This document shows, in pieces, positions 9,628 to 22,821 of a DNA stretch of 64,000 bases. Every line of letters starts with the position of its first letter. The stretch's first letter is position 1. Below the pieces are notes generated by a model. That model worked only from the letters and a program-made list of their open reading frames with translations. It was not told where the DNA came from and did no database searches. The stretch is taken from assembly GCA_021848345.1 (NCBI GenBank), contig JAJZUV010000011.1, positions 8,080 to 72,079 on the forward strand, written 5' to 3'. Both the position numbers and the translations under genes were made by a program. Source of the stretch: Pseudomonadota bacterium (lineage in GTDB: Bacteria > Pseudomonadota > Gammaproteobacteria > Burkholderiales > Burkholderiaceae_C).

Positions 9628-10761
9628 TCAGTCCCGGCCGGCATGGGCCCAGCCCGCCTCGCACCACTGCGCGATCAGTTCCCGTTCGGCCGGGCTGGCC
9701 TGCGCGTATTGTGCCGCATCGATTTCGCGCGCATCGGCCAGGCGGCGCAGCAGCGGCGAACGCCCTGCCTCGTCCGGCACGCTCTCGCCGTTGATGCTCA
9801 TGCCGGAACGGTTCCACAGCATGCGCGTGCGGCGGTCCAGGCGCAGCCCCCGGCGCGCGGCGATGCGAGCGGCCTCCCGCGCATCGCCGGCCTCGAACAC
9901 CACTTCCTGCTTCGGCTCGGTGAGCAGTTCGCCGAGGACCCGCGCGAAATCGGCCTTGGAGGGGCGCAGACGCGCGAAGGCGTCGGCCACGAAATCCACC
10001 ATGTCCTCCGGCAGGCGCGCAGGATGCGCAGCCAGGCTCGCGGACAACTTGCCGCGGTCGCTGTAGCGGGGCGCGGGTTGCAGTTCCTCGGCCATGTTCC
10101 ACAACAGCTGGCGCAGCAGTTCGTCGCCGGGCGGCGCCCGAAAGCCCACCGAATAGGTCATGCATTCGCCGTCGGCGATTCCATCGTGGCCCCAACCCGG
10201 CGGCAGATACAGCAGATCCCCGGGCTCGACCACGAAGTCCTGCTCGGGCGCGAAGCCCTGCAGGAGCTTCAGCGGCTGCCCCGGCTGCAGGCGCGGGCGA
10301 TCCACCGGTCCGATGCGCCAGCGGCGACGCCCCTGCGCCTGCAGCAGGAACACGTCGTACTCGTCGACATGGGGGCCCACGCCGCCGCCGTCGCTGGCCC
10401 AGGAGATCATCAGGTCGTCCAGGCGCGCGTCCGGCACGAAGCGGAACCGACGCAGAAGCCCGGCCACGCCCTCGTCGTGCAGATCCACGCCCTGCACCAG
10501 CAGGGTCCAGCGCGGCGTGCGCACGGCCGGCAGGTCGCGGCGCGCCAGCGGCGCGTGGCGCACGTCCCACTGCCGTCCCTCGCGTTGCACCACCCGTGCC
10601 TCCACGTCGTCGCGCAGCGCCAGATCGAACAGATCGCGCCGCGACAGCAGGGGCTGCATCCCGGGCAGGGCGCCGCGTATCAGCAGGGGCTTGCGCTGCC
10701 AGTACTCGCGCAGGAATCGCTGGCGGCCGATGCCGGGGATGTCAAGCAACTTGGGGGACAC
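9628..10761 (-). CDS. JmjC/cupin ribosomal protein hydroxylase (YcfD/RoxA-like)
   Basis: FLREYWQRKPLLIR, RLDDLMISWA, GVGPHVDEYDVFLLQ, LYLPPGWGHDG; GTG start at 10761 inferred. Confidence 0.9.
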   Translation of the reverse strand: MSPKLLDIPGIGRQRFLREYWQRKPLLIRGALPGMQPLLSRRDLFDLALRDDVEARVVQREGRQWDVRHAPLARRDLPAVRTPRWTLLVQGVDLHDEGVAGLLRRFRFVPDARLDDLMISWASDGGGVGPHVDEYDVFLLQAQGRRRWRIGPVDRPRLQPGQPLKLLQGFAPEQDFVVEPGDLLYLPPGWGHDGIADGECMTYSVGFRAPPGDELLRQLLWNMAEELQPAPRYSDRGKLSASLAAHPARLPEDMVDFVADAFARLRPSKADFARVLGELLTEPKQEVVFEAGDAREAARIAARRGLRLDRRTRMLWNRSGMSINGESVPDEAGRSPLLRRLADAREIDAAQYAQASPAERELIAQWCEAGWAHAGRD

Positions 10762-10895
10762 GCGATACTCCGCAGGCGGTGGTCGACAGGCCCGGCAGTG
10801 TAGCCCCCCGGCTGGCCCGGGAACCCGCTTGTGGCGCACAATAACGGCCCCGGCGCGCACCGCGCTGGGCCCCATCCCCACGCAGGACACCCTAC

Positions 10896-11405
10896 ATGCA
10901 AGTAGCTCCCGACACCGTGGTCACGCTGGCCTGGCGCCTGACCGATGCCCAGAACGAGGACCTGGCCGACGACGAGGCCGGCACGGACTTCTACGTCGGC
11001 GGCGGCGACCTGCTGCCGGCCATCGAGCGCGATCTGCTGGGCAAGTCGGCCGGTGACAGTGGCGCGCTGCAGATCGAGCCTCCGGATGCCTTCGGCGACT
11101 ACGAGCCCGAGCGCCTGCGCATGGAGGACCGGTCGCTGTTCCCCGAACTGCTGGAGCCGGGCATGCAGTTCGAGCAATTGCCGCCGGGCTGCGCGCCGGC
11201 CGAGCCCGGCAGCCTGTTCACGGTCACCGACATCGCCGAGGGCAAGGTCATGCTGGACGGCAACCACCCGCTGGCCGGCATGGCGCTGCGCGTGCACTAC
11301 CGCATTCTGGAGGTGCGCCAGCCCGACCCGGACGAGCGCGAGGCGCGCAGCGCCCTGCTCGACGACGTGGACAGCGGCATGTTCCTGGTGAAAGGCTCGG
11401 GCTGA
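10896..11405 (+). CDS. slyD: FKBP-type peptidyl-prolyl isomerase (SlyD-like)
   Basis: VVTLAWRL, AFGDY, LDGNHPLAG. Confidence 0.85.
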   Translation: MQVAPDTVVTLAWRLTDAQNEDLADDEAGTDFYVGGGDLLPAIERDLLGKSAGDSGALQIEPPDAFGDYEPERLRMEDRSLFPELLEPGMQFEQLPPGCAPAEPGSLFTVTDIAEGKVMLDGNHPLAGMALRVHYRILEVRQPDPDEREARSALLDDVDSGMFLVKGSG

Positions 11406-11426
11406 GCCCTCCCCCGCCGGCTGCGC

Positions 11427-12563
11427 TCAGGCCATGGCGCCGATGGCCCGGCGCAGGCGGGTCAGCGCGATGCCGAAAAAGCCCGCCCCGATGCCGGCGA
11501 TGGCCAGCAGCTGAGGCCAGACCTCGGCCAGCCCCGCCCCGCGGAACAGCGTGGCCTGGGACAGGCTGACGAAATGCGTGGTCGGCGCGGCCAGCATCAG
11601 CAGGCGCACCGCCTCGGGCATGCTTTCGCGTGGGGTGCTGGCGCCCGAGAGCATTTCCAGCGGCAGCAGCACCATGATCAGCAACAGGCCCATCTGGGGC
11701 ATGGAACGCGCCATGGTGGCCAGGAAGATCCCCAGCGAGGTGACCGCGAACATCTGCAACGCGGCGCCCAGCACGAACACCCAGGTGGTCGACGGCAGCG
11801 GCACGCCGATCAGCTGGTGCACGATCAGCCACAGCGACGCGCAGCACCCCAGCAGCACCACCAGCCCCATGGACCAGACCTTGGCGGCCATGATCTCCAG
11901 CGGGCTCAGGGGCATGGCCAGCAGATGTTCGAGGCTGCCGTGCTCGCGCTCGCGCAGCCAGGCCGCGCCGGTCAGCACGATGCCCAGCATGGTCACGTTG
12001 TTGATCAGTTCGGCCACGGCACCGAACCACGAGGGCGTGAGCGTCGGGTTGAAGCGGTTGCGCAGCACCAGGCGGGCGAGCGCCCCGGCCTGCGCGTCGC
12101 CGCTTCGATGGCGCTGCAGGAACTCGGCGATCTCGGCCTGGCAGATGGCCTGCACGTAGGCCCCTCCGGTGAAGGCCTGGGTCATGCGCGTGGCGTCCAC
12201 GCTGAGTTGCAGCGTGGGCGCGCGCTCGCCCACCAGGTCGCGCTGCAGATGCCGCGGCAGGTCCAGCACGAAGGTGTAGCGTCCGGCGTCCATCGCCGGA
12301 TCGACGTCGCGCAGGGAAATCACCGGCGGAGGCAGGAAATACGGCGGCCCGAAGGCCTCGCGCAGGCGCATCGACAAGGCGGAATGGTCCTCGTCGACCA
12401 CCGCCAGCGGCGCGCGCTGCAGGGTCTCGGGCGCCCCGGTCGCGGCGCTGTAGATGGCCAGCGTGAAGGCGAAGGCGATCAGCACCAGCATCGCCCGATC
12501 GTGGCGCAGGCTGCGCAATTCCTTCAACCCGAGATACCAGACGTTGCGCAGGCCCTGTCGCAT
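11427..12563 (-). CDS. ABC-2 type permease (YhhJ-like)
   Basis: LGLKELRSL, NRFNPTL, REREHGSLEHLL, LSGASTPRESMP. Confidence 0.88.
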   Translation of the reverse strand: MRQGLRNVWYLGLKELRSLRHDRAMLVLIAFAFTLAIYSAATGAPETLQRAPLAVVDEDHSALSMRLREAFGPPYFLPPPVISLRDVDPAMDAGRYTFVLDLPRHLQRDLVGERAPTLQLSVDATRMTQAFTGGAYVQAICQAEIAEFLQRHRSGDAQAGALARLVLRNRFNPTLTPSWFGAVAELINNVTMLGIVLTGAAWLREREHGSLEHLLAMPLSPLEIMAAKVWSMGLVVLLGCCASLWLIVHQLIGVPLPSTTWVFVLGAALQMFAVTSLGIFLATMARSMPQMGLLLIMVLLPLEMLSGASTPRESMPEAVRLLMLAAPTTHFVSLSQATLFRGAGLAEVWPQLLAIAGIGAGFFGIALTRLRRAIGAMA

Positions 12564-12588
12564 GGCGGCCGTCCCGTGGTCTCGCCGG

Positions 12589-15396
12589 TCAACGTTCCTG
12601 GCGCCGCAGCAGCGCGATACCCGCGCCCAGCAGCACCGGCGCGCCGAGCAGCAGCGCGAACATCTGAGGCCCCAGGTCGCCCAGACCCAGCCCCTTGGAG
12701 AAGGTGCCGCGCGAGACGATGAGGTAATGCGTGGTGGGGTACACCCTTCCCACCCACGCGGCCAGGCCCTGCAGCGAGGAGGTGGGGTCGAGCAGGCCGG
12801 AGAACTGCACCGCCGGCAGCACCGTGCCGATGGTGGTGGCGAAAATCGCCGCGGTCTGGGTGCGCAGGAAACTCGACATCAGCAAGCCCAGCGCGGTGGC
12901 GTCGACCACGTACAGCAGGGAGCCGAGCGCGAAGGCGGCGGCGCTGCCGCGAAAGGGCACGCCGAACACCCAGCGTGCCCAGGCCCACAGGACCGCCGCG
13001 TTGAGCAGCGCCAGGGCCACGTAGGGCAATTGCTTGCCCAGCAGGAATTCCATGCGCGTGGCGGGCCCGACGTAGAAATTCAGGATCGAGCCGAGCTCCT
13101 TCTCGCGCACCACGCTGAGCGCGGCGAGCATGGCGGGAATCATGATCAGCAACAGCGGAATGATGGCCGGCACCATGGCGACCAGACTGCTCACGTCCGG
13201 GTTGTAGCGGTAGCGGATCTCGATGCCGGCGGGCTGCGCCGGCTCTCCCTGCGCCCCGCGCTCGGCGGCGCGCCGGGCCAGCCACGAGGCATGCACCGCC
13301 TGCACGAAACCGTCGACGGTCTCGGCACGCGCCGGCATGGAGCCGTCGACCCAGGCGCCGATCTCCGGCGACAGGCCGCGCTGCAGGTCCCGACCGAAAT
13401 GCGGCGGGATCTCCAGCGCCAGCGCGAGCTCGCCGTCGCGCAGGCGCCGTCGCATGTCCGCGTCGCTGCGCAAGGGCGCGCGCTCGCTGAACTCGCGGGC
13501 GCTGGCGAAATAGCGCACATAGTCCCGACTCAGCGTGCTGCCGTCGCGGTCGAGCACGGCGAAGCGCAGGTGCTGCACGTCCAGGTTGATGCCATAGCCC
13601 ATGATCACCATCAGCAGCACGCTGCCCAGCAGCGCGAGGCTGGCGCGCACCGGGTCGCGCAACAACTCCAGGCTCTCGCGCCAGCTGTGACTGAACAGCC
13701 GGGTGAGCGAGCGCTGCACCAGCCAGGGCGGGCGCGCGGGACGCTGGCGTGCACCCTGCCCCGCCTCGGCCGGCGCCTCGAGCGCATGCGTCGGACCCGG
13801 GCGCTGTGCCGCCTCGGGCGCCGGCCCCCGCGAGGTCTCGATCCACTGCACGAAGGCCTGTTCCAGCGATGCGGCGCCGCGGGCCTCGGTCAACTCGCGC
13901 GGCGTGCCGCTGGCCAGCACGCGCCCGGCGTGCATCAACGCGATCCTGTCGCAGCGCTGGGCCTCGCTCATGCGATGGGTGGACACGAACACGGTGACAC
14001 CATCGCGCCGTGCCAGCAGCTGCATCTGGTGCCAGAACCACTCCCGCGCCAGCGGATCCACGCCCGACGTGGGTTCGTCCAGGATCAGCAGCTCGGGCCC
14101 ATGCAGGGTCGCCACGGCGAAGGACAGCCGCTGGCGCTGCCCGAGCGCCAGGCGCGCCGGCCATTGGTCCATCACCTCACCCAGCTCGAAACGCTCGGCG
14201 GCCTGCTCGACCGCCGCGGCCCGCTGGCGCGCGGACAGGCCGAACAGGCGCGCATGCAGCTCCAGGTTCTGGCGCACGCTCAACTCGTTCCACAACGAGA
14301 AGCCCTGGGTCATGTAGCCCACCCGCTTGCGCGTGGCCAGGTCCCGCGCGTCCGGCGTGCGCCCCAGCACCCGCACGCTGCCCTCGGTGGGCTCGAGCAG
14401 GCCGGTGAGCATTTTCATGGTGGTGGTCTTGCCGCAGCCGTTGGATCCGATGAATCCGAAGATCTCGCCCTGACGCACGCTCAGGTCGATGTGGTCGACC
14501 GCGGTGAAATCGCCGAAGCGCCGGCACAGTCCGCGCGCCTCGACCACCGGCGCCGTCGGCTCGCGCGGCGCCGCCGACGCCTCGGAGGCCCACCGCTCGG
14601 GGGGACGCGCACCCACCAGCTGGACAAAGGCCTGTTCGAGATCGGCGCAGGCGCTGCGCTCGAGCAGCTCGGCCGGAGTCCCGTCGGCGACCACGCGGCC
14701 GGCGTTCATGGCCACCAGCCAGTCGAAATCCCGCGCCTCGTCCATGTAGGCGGTGGCCACGACCACGGTCAACTCCCGCTCCGCGGCCCGCTGCTGGCGG
14801 ATGTCGCGGATCAGCGCCCAGAACTGCACCCTGGACAGCGGATCGACTCCGGTGGTCGGCTCGTCCAGCACCAGCAGGTCGGGGTCGTGCAGCAGCGCGC
14901 AGCACAGGGCCAGTTTCTGTTTCATGCCCCCCGACAGGGTGGCCGCCGGACGCCGCGCGAAGGCCTCCAGCCCGGTGGCCTGCAACAGCTCGCGAGCGCG
15001 CTGTTCGCGCCACGAACGCGAGAATCCGCGCTGGCGCCCGAAGAACTCCAGGTTCTCGGCCACGGAAAGCCCGCCGTACAGGCTGCGGCCCAGCCCCTGG
15101 GGCATGTAGGCCACTCGGTGCCGCAGATGGGACAGGTGATGGGCATCGCGCAGACTGCCGCCGAGCACCTCGATGTCGCCGCGCTGCAGCGCGCGCGCGC
15201 CGCAAAGCAGGGCCAGCAGGCTGGACTTGCCGACGCCGTCGGGACCGATCAGGCCGATCATGCCCAAGGCGGGAAGCTCCAGCCGCGCGATGTCGAGCAC
15301 TTCGCGTCGGCCATAGCGCAGCCCGACCTCGCGAAACCGGGCCAGCGCCACGGGCCCCGGCTCCCGCCCGCCCGGGGGCGGCGCCTGGCCGCTCAT
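12589..15396 (-). CDS. rbbA: Ribosome-associated ATPase / ABC transporter with two ATPase domains fused to a permease
   Basis: GPDGVGKSS and GSNGCGKTT Walker A motifs, LSGGMKQKL, two LDEPT motifs, C-terminal REKELGS permease. Confidence 0.9.
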   Translation of the reverse strand: MSGQAPPPGGREPGPVALARFREVGLRYGRREVLDIARLELPALGMIGLIGPDGVGKSSLLALLCGARALQRGDIEVLGGSLRDAHHLSHLRHRVAYMPQGLGRSLYGGLSVAENLEFFGRQRGFSRSWREQRARELLQATGLEAFARRPAATLSGGMKQKLALCCALLHDPDLLVLDEPTTGVDPLSRVQFWALIRDIRQQRAAERELTVVVATAYMDEARDFDWLVAMNAGRVVADGTPAELLERSACADLEQAFVQLVGARPPERWASEASAAPREPTAPVVEARGLCRRFGDFTAVDHIDLSVRQGEIFGFIGSNGCGKTTTMKMLTGLLEPTEGSVRVLGRTPDARDLATRKRVGYMTQGFSLWNELSVRQNLELHARLFGLSARQRAAAVEQAAERFELGEVMDQWPARLALGQRQRLSFAVATLHGPELLILDEPTSGVDPLAREWFWHQMQLLARRDGVTVFVSTHRMSEAQRCDRIALMHAGRVLASGTPRELTEARGAASLEQAFVQWIETSRGPAPEAAQRPGPTHALEAPAEAGQGARQRPARPPWLVQRSLTRLFSHSWRESLELLRDPVRASLALLGSVLLMVIMGYGINLDVQHLRFAVLDRDGSTLSRDYVRYFASAREFSERAPLRSDADMRRRLRDGELALALEIPPHFGRDLQRGLSPEIGAWVDGSMPARAETVDGFVQAVHASWLARRAAERGAQGEPAQPAGIEIRYRYNPDVSSLVAMVPAIIPLLLIMIPAMLAALSVVREKELGSILNFYVGPATRMEFLLGKQLPYVALALLNAAVLWAWARWVFGVPFRGSAAAFALGSLLYVVDATALGLLMSSFLRTQTAAIFATTIGTVLPAVQFSGLLDPTSSLQGLAAWVGRVYPTTHYLIVSRGTFSKGLGLGDLGPQMFALLLGAPVLLGAGIALLRRQER

Positions 15397-16454
15397 GGCT
15401 GCACCCGCAAGCGCGCCGGCCAGGGCAGGTCGCGCCGCAGACGCACGTAGGCCATGCCGGGCATGCCGCTCTTGAGTTCGGGGCGGTGCGCCGCGGCCCA
15501 GCGCGCATCCACGCGCGCGCGCACCCGGAACATCAGCTTCTGGCGCTCGCTGGCCGTCTCCACGGTCTTCGGCGTGAACTGCGCCACCGCCGACACGTAG
15601 GACACGACGGCGGGCACCGCCCGCCCGCCGAGGGCGTCCGGCACGATGCGCGCCTCGTCGCCGATCACCACCTTTCCGGCATCGGACTCGGGAAGGAAAA
15701 AGGACATGCCCAGGTCCGAGGTGTCGAGCAGGCTGACCACCCGCGCGCCGACCCCCAGCATCTCTCCCGGGCGCGCCACGACGTACTGCACCTGTCCGTC
15801 CACCGGGGCAAGCAGCGAACAATCCTGCAGGTCCACGTCCACGCGGCTCAGCGCGGCCTGCGCCGCGCCGATCGCGGAGCCCGCCTCCACGGCCTGCAGA
15901 CGCGCCGCCTCGATCGCCGCGGACGCCGCAGCGGCCTGCGCGCGCGCCGCCGTCAGCGCCCCCTCGGCGCTGCCCACGCCCGCGCGGTCGTCGTCGAACT
16001 GCTGGCGCGACACCCCGCCCACCGCGAGGAGTTGCCGGGAACGCTCGAGCCGGCTGCGCGCGGCCTGCAACTCGGCGTCGCGCTGGCCGATCTGCGCCAC
16101 CGCCGCGTCGCGCTCGCTGCGCCTCAGCGCGACCTGGCTGCGCGAGGTGGCCTCGGCATCGCGCGCGCGCTGCAATTGCGCCAGCGCCTCGCCCCGCTGC
16201 GCCTGCAGCGGCGCGCAATCCAGGCGCGCGAGCACTTGACCGGCGCGGACCTGCTCGCCTTCCTGCACCTGCAGGCTGAGCAGCCTGGCGGGAATGCGCG
16301 TGGAAAGCTCGAGCTCCACCGCCTCCAGGCGGCCGTTGCCCGACGCCAGTCCGTCGGGCGCCGGCGCGCGGCCCAGCCAGAGCCAGGCCAGAATTCCCAG
16401 CGCGACGGCCCCCGCCGCCAGCGCCCACCCCCCTCGACCGAGCTTGCCGCGCAT
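15393..16454 (-). CDS. HlyD-family membrane fusion protein (YhiI-like)
   Basis: ASGNGRLEA, AQFTPKTVET, LKSGMPG; overlaps the rbbA start. Confidence 0.9.
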   Translation of the reverse strand: MRGKLGRGGWALAAGAVALGILAWLWLGRAPAPDGLASGNGRLEAVELELSTRIPARLLSLQVQEGEQVRAGQVLARLDCAPLQAQRGEALAQLQRARDAEATSRSQVALRRSERDAAVAQIGQRDAELQAARSRLERSRQLLAVGGVSRQQFDDDRAGVGSAEGALTAARAQAAAASAAIEAARLQAVEAGSAIGAAQAALSRVDVDLQDCSLLAPVDGQVQYVVARPGEMLGVGARVVSLLDTSDLGMSFFLPESDAGKVVIGDEARIVPDALGGRAVPAVVSYVSAVAQFTPKTVETASERQKLMFRVRARVDARWAAAHRPELKSGMPGMAYVRLRRDLPWPARLRVQP

Positions 16455-16563
16455 GCTCTTCGCCCCCGGCTCCGTCCGGTACGGAACCTCGAGGGAAATT
16501 GTGCCGCCTCGGAGGCGCCGCGAAGGCGCGCCAGATCAAATCGGCGGCACGCGGCGCACCGTT

Positions 16564-17043
16564 TCAGGAACCGGTGGAGCCGAAGCCTCCGGCGCCGCGC
16601 TCGCTGGCGGCGGAAAAGGCCGCCACGACCCGGAACTCGGCGCGCACGATGGGCACGAACATCATCTGCGCGATGCGCTCGCCCGGCTCGATGCGCAGGG
16701 GCGGACTGCCCGCCGCATTGCGGTTCCACACGCTAACCATCACCTGCCCGGTGTAGTCGGCGTCGATCACGCCCAGGGAATTGCCCAGCACCAGGCCGCG
16801 CTTGTGCCCCATGCCCGAGCGCGGCGCGATCACCGCCATCAGCCCGGGGTCGGCGATGTGCATGGCGAAACCCGCCGGCACCAGCAGCGCGGGGCTGCCC
16901 GCCGGGATGTCCAGCGTCGCGTCGATGCAGGCGTGCAGGTCCACCGCGGCGGCCATCGACGACTGGTAGCTGGGCAGGCCCCATTGGTGCAGGCGGGGAT
17001 CGAGGATCACGAGTTCCACGGGCGCGGTCGCGGCGGTGCTCAA
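16564..17043 (-). CDS. dut: dUTP diphosphatase
   Basis: PRSGMG, GVIDADYTG, GERIAQ, RGAGGFGSTG; TTG start at 17043 preceded by GGAGA. Confidence 0.93.
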   Translation of the reverse strand: MSTAATAPVELVILDPRLHQWGLPSYQSSMAAAVDLHACIDATLDIPAGSPALLVPAGFAMHIADPGLMAVIAPRSGMGHKRGLVLGNSLGVIDADYTGQVMVSVWNRNAAGSPPLRIEPGERIAQMMFVPIVRAEFRVVAAFSAASERGAGGFGSTGS

Positions 17044-17121
17044 GGGCGGTCTCCAGGAAGGCAAGGGCTGTGGGGGAATATCGGAGCGCGCGCCCGTCGG
17101 GCGCGCGCGGCGGTGGGCGCC

Positions 17122-18345
17122 TCAGGGGCGCGCCGGCAGGCGCGGGGCGATCTCGGCCACCAGTCGGCGCGCCAGGTCGAGCTTGTCCATGCTCGGCAGT
17201 TCGCGCACGCCCTGGGCGTCGACCAGCACGCAGCTGCTGTGATCGCTGCCGAAGGTCTGCGGCCCGAGGTTGCCCACCAGCAACGGCACCCCCTTGCGCT
17301 CGCGCTTGGCCTGGGCATGGGCCACGAGTTGCTCGGCCTCGGCCGCGAAGCCCACGCAGAACGGCGCGTCGGGGCGCGCGGCCACCTCGGCCAGGATGTC
17401 GGGGTTGAGCAGCAGTTGCGGCAGGGGCGGCGCCCCGTCGGGCTGCTTCTTGATCTTGCCGGGTTGCGCCTCGGGGCGCCAGTCGGCCACCGCGGCCGCG
17501 GCGACGAACACATCGACGCCCCCGACCGCCAGTTCGGCCCGTACCGCGTCGCGCATCTGCAGCGCGGTCTCCACGGGCACGGTGCGCACGCCATGGGGCG
17601 GCGCGAGCGCGGTCGGACCGGCTACCAGCACCACTTCGGCGCCCGCCTCCCAGGCGGCCCGCGCCAGCGCCCAGCCCATCTTGCCGCTGGAGCGGTTGGT
17701 CAGCCCGCGCACCTCGTCCCAGGGCTCGAAGGTCGGGCCCGCGGTCAGCAGCACGCGCCGGCCGCGCAGCAGCGGGGGTTGCCACAGGGCCTCGATCTCG
17801 CACATCAGTTGCTCGGGCTCGAGCATGCGTCCGTCGCCGACTTCGCCGCAGGCCTGTGCACCGCTGCCGGGGCCGGCCAGGCGCAGGCCGTCGCGCCGCA
17901 GTTGCTCGGCATTGCGCTGGACCGCCGGGTGCGCCCACATGGCGCGGTTCATGGCCGGGGCCAGCAGCGTGGGCACCGCGTCGCGCGCCAGCAGCAGCGT
18001 GGCCAGCAGATCGTCGCCCATGCCGGCGGCAGCCCGGGCGATGAGATCGGCGCTGGCCGGCGCGAGGACCAGCGCATCGGCCTCGCGCACCAGATCGATG
18101 TGGTCCATGCCGGAGGCGCGCAGCGGATGCCAGGAATCCAGCGCCACTTCGCGTCCCGACAACGCCTGCAGGGTGATGGGCCCGACGAAACGCGTGGCCG
18201 CCTCGCTCATCGCCACCTGCACCTGGTGCCCGGCCTTGACCAGCAGGCGGACGAGTTCGCAGGCCTTGTAGGCGGCGATGCCGCCGCTGATGCCCAGCAG
18301 CACGCGGCGCGAGGCCTTGCCGCCGGAGCGTTGCGCGTCGGTCAT
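17122..18345 (-). CDS. coaBC: Bifunctional phosphopantothenoylcysteine decarboxylase/ligase
   Basis: GISGGIAAYK, APAMN, QACGEVGDGRM, TNRSSGKMG, VGFAAE. Confidence 0.96.
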   Translation of the reverse strand: MTDAQRSGGKASRRVLLGISGGIAAYKACELVRLLVKAGHQVQVAMSEAATRFVGPITLQALSGREVALDSWHPLRASGMDHIDLVREADALVLAPASADLIARAAAGMGDDLLATLLLARDAVPTLLAPAMNRAMWAHPAVQRNAEQLRRDGLRLAGPGSGAQACGEVGDGRMLEPEQLMCEIEALWQPPLLRGRRVLLTAGPTFEPWDEVRGLTNRSSGKMGWALARAAWEAGAEVVLVAGPTALAPPHGVRTVPVETALQMRDAVRAELAVGGVDVFVAAAAVADWRPEAQPGKIKKQPDGAPPLPQLLLNPDILAEVAARPDAPFCVGFAAEAEQLVAHAQAKRERKGVPLLVGNLGPQTFGSDHSSCVLVDAQGVRELPSMDKLDLARRLVAEIAPRLPARP

Positions 18346-18355
18346 CGCCGGCCTC

Positions 18356-21106
<2,751 letters not shown>

Positions 21107-21278
21107 GCGTTCACCTGGAATGGCCACCGTCGGCGCGTCGTGCCGGCAGCGGCGAAACCGCGATTTTAAGGGCCAGCCCCGGCGCATGCCCGCACGCCGC
21201 CGCCGCACGCGCACTACAGTTGGCAGTTCGCGCCCGCGTGGCGCTCGTTTTCACGCACCAGAACCTGCGGAGATCCCC

Positions 21279-22772
21279 ATGCCCGAAGCCCCCACCGCTT
21301 CCGTGCTCGCGCCCCTGCGCGACCCCTCCCTGCTCAAGACCCAGGCGCTGATCGGCGGGCGCTGGGTGGACGCCGCCGAACGCGTGGCCGTGCACGACCC
21401 GGCCAGCGGCGCGCTGCTCGCCGAGGTTCCGCGCCAGGGCGCCGCCGACGCCGAGCGCGCGATCGAGGCGGCATCCGCCGCGTGGCAAGGCTGGCGCGGC
21501 CAGACGGCGCGCCAGCGCGCCACGGTGCTTCGCCGCTGGTTCGATCTGCTGCTGCAGCATGCGGACGACCTGGCGCTGATCATGACCGCCGAGCAGGGCA
21601 AGCCGCTGGCCGAGGCCAAGGGCGAGATCGCCTACGGAGCCAGTTTCGTGGAGTGGTTCGCCGAAGAGGCCAAGCGGGTGTACGGCGAGACCATCCCCAG
21701 CCCCGACCCGAGCAAGCGCCTGGTGGTGCTGCGCCAGCCCATCGGCGTGTGCGCGGCGATCACGCCCTGGAACTTCCCGCTGGCCATGATCACGCGCAAG
21801 GTGGCGCCGGCGCTGGCCGCCGGCTGCCCGGTGGTGATCAAGCCGGCGGAACAGACGCCGCTGACCGCGCTGGCGGCGGCCGAACTGGCGCAACGCGCCG
21901 GCATGCCGCCGGGGGTGCTCAACATGCTCACCAGCGACGCCGACGGCTCGGTGCAGATCGGCAAGGTGCTGTGCGCCAGCGACGTGGTGCGCCACCTGTC
22001 GTTCACCGGATCGACCGAGGTCGGGCGCATTCTCATGGCGCAATCCGCGCCGACGGTGAAGAAGCTCTCGCTGGAACTCGGCGGCAACGCCCCCTTCATC
22101 GTGTTCGACGACGCCGACATCGACGCGGCGGTGGAAGGCGCGATGCAGAGCAAGTACCGCAACGCCGGCCAGACCTGCGTGTGCGCGAACCGCCTGTACG
22201 TGCAGCGCGGCGTGTACGAGCAGTTCGTCGAACGCCTGGCGCGGCGCGTGGCCGAGCTCAAGGTCGGCCCCGGCACCTCCGCCGGGGTGCAGATCGGCCC
22301 GCTGATCGACCAGCAGGGCCTGGACAAGGTGCGGCGCCACGTCGACGACGCGCTGGCGCGCGGCGCACGCCTGCTGACCGGCGGCAAGGTGCTGGAGCAA
22401 GGCGGCGGGCGCTATTTCGAGCCCACGGTACTGGCCGACGCCGACGCGTCGATGCTGTGCGCGCGCGAGGAGACCTTCGGCCCGGTCGCGCCGGTGTTCG
22501 CCTTCGACACCGAGGAGCAGGCCGTGGCCGCGGCCAACGCGACCGAGTTCGGCCTGGCCGCCTATTTCTACAGCCGCGACCTGGCGCGGGTCACGCGCGT
22601 GGGCGAGGCGCTCGAATACGGCATCGTCGGCGTCAACACCGGGCTGATCTCCAACGAGGTCGCGCCCTTCGGCGGGGTCAAGCAGTCGGGGCTGGGGCGC
22701 GAAGGCTCGCACCACGGCATCGACGAATACCTCGAGCTCAAATACCTGTGCGTCGGCGGCATCGGGGGGTGA
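21279..22772 (+). CDS. gabD: NAD(P)+-dependent succinate-semialdehyde dehydrogenase
   Basis: ITPWNFP, FTGSTEVG, LELGGNAPF, GQTCVC, EETFGP, FGGVKQSG. Confidence 0.9.
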   Translation: MPEAPTASVLAPLRDPSLLKTQALIGGRWVDAAERVAVHDPASGALLAEVPRQGAADAERAIEAASAAWQGWRGQTARQRATVLRRWFDLLLQHADDLALIMTAEQGKPLAEAKGEIAYGASFVEWFAEEAKRVYGETIPSPDPSKRLVVLRQPIGVCAAITPWNFPLAMITRKVAPALAAGCPVVIKPAEQTPLTALAAAELAQRAGMPPGVLNMLTSDADGSVQIGKVLCASDVVRHLSFTGSTEVGRILMAQSAPTVKKLSLELGGNAPFIVFDDADIDAAVEGAMQSKYRNAGQTCVCANRLYVQRGVYEQFVERLARRVAELKVGPGTSAGVQIGPLIDQQGLDKVRRHVDDALARGARLLTGGKVLEQGGGRYFEPTVLADADASMLCAREETFGPVAPVFAFDTEEQAVAAANATEFGLAAYFYSRDLARVTRVGEALEYGIVGVNTGLISNEVAPFGGVKQSGLGREGSHHGIDEYLELKYLCVGGIGG

Positions 22773-22821
22773 CAGCCCCCCGGGCTGGCCCGCCCCCCAC
22801 TTTCCCGGAGAAATTCGCACC

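Noticed and set aside
12589-16539. Apparent 1316-aa giant ABC protein
   Set aside because: The N-terminal 380 aa is an alternative frame over the HlyD gene; the real rbbA starts at ATG 15396.
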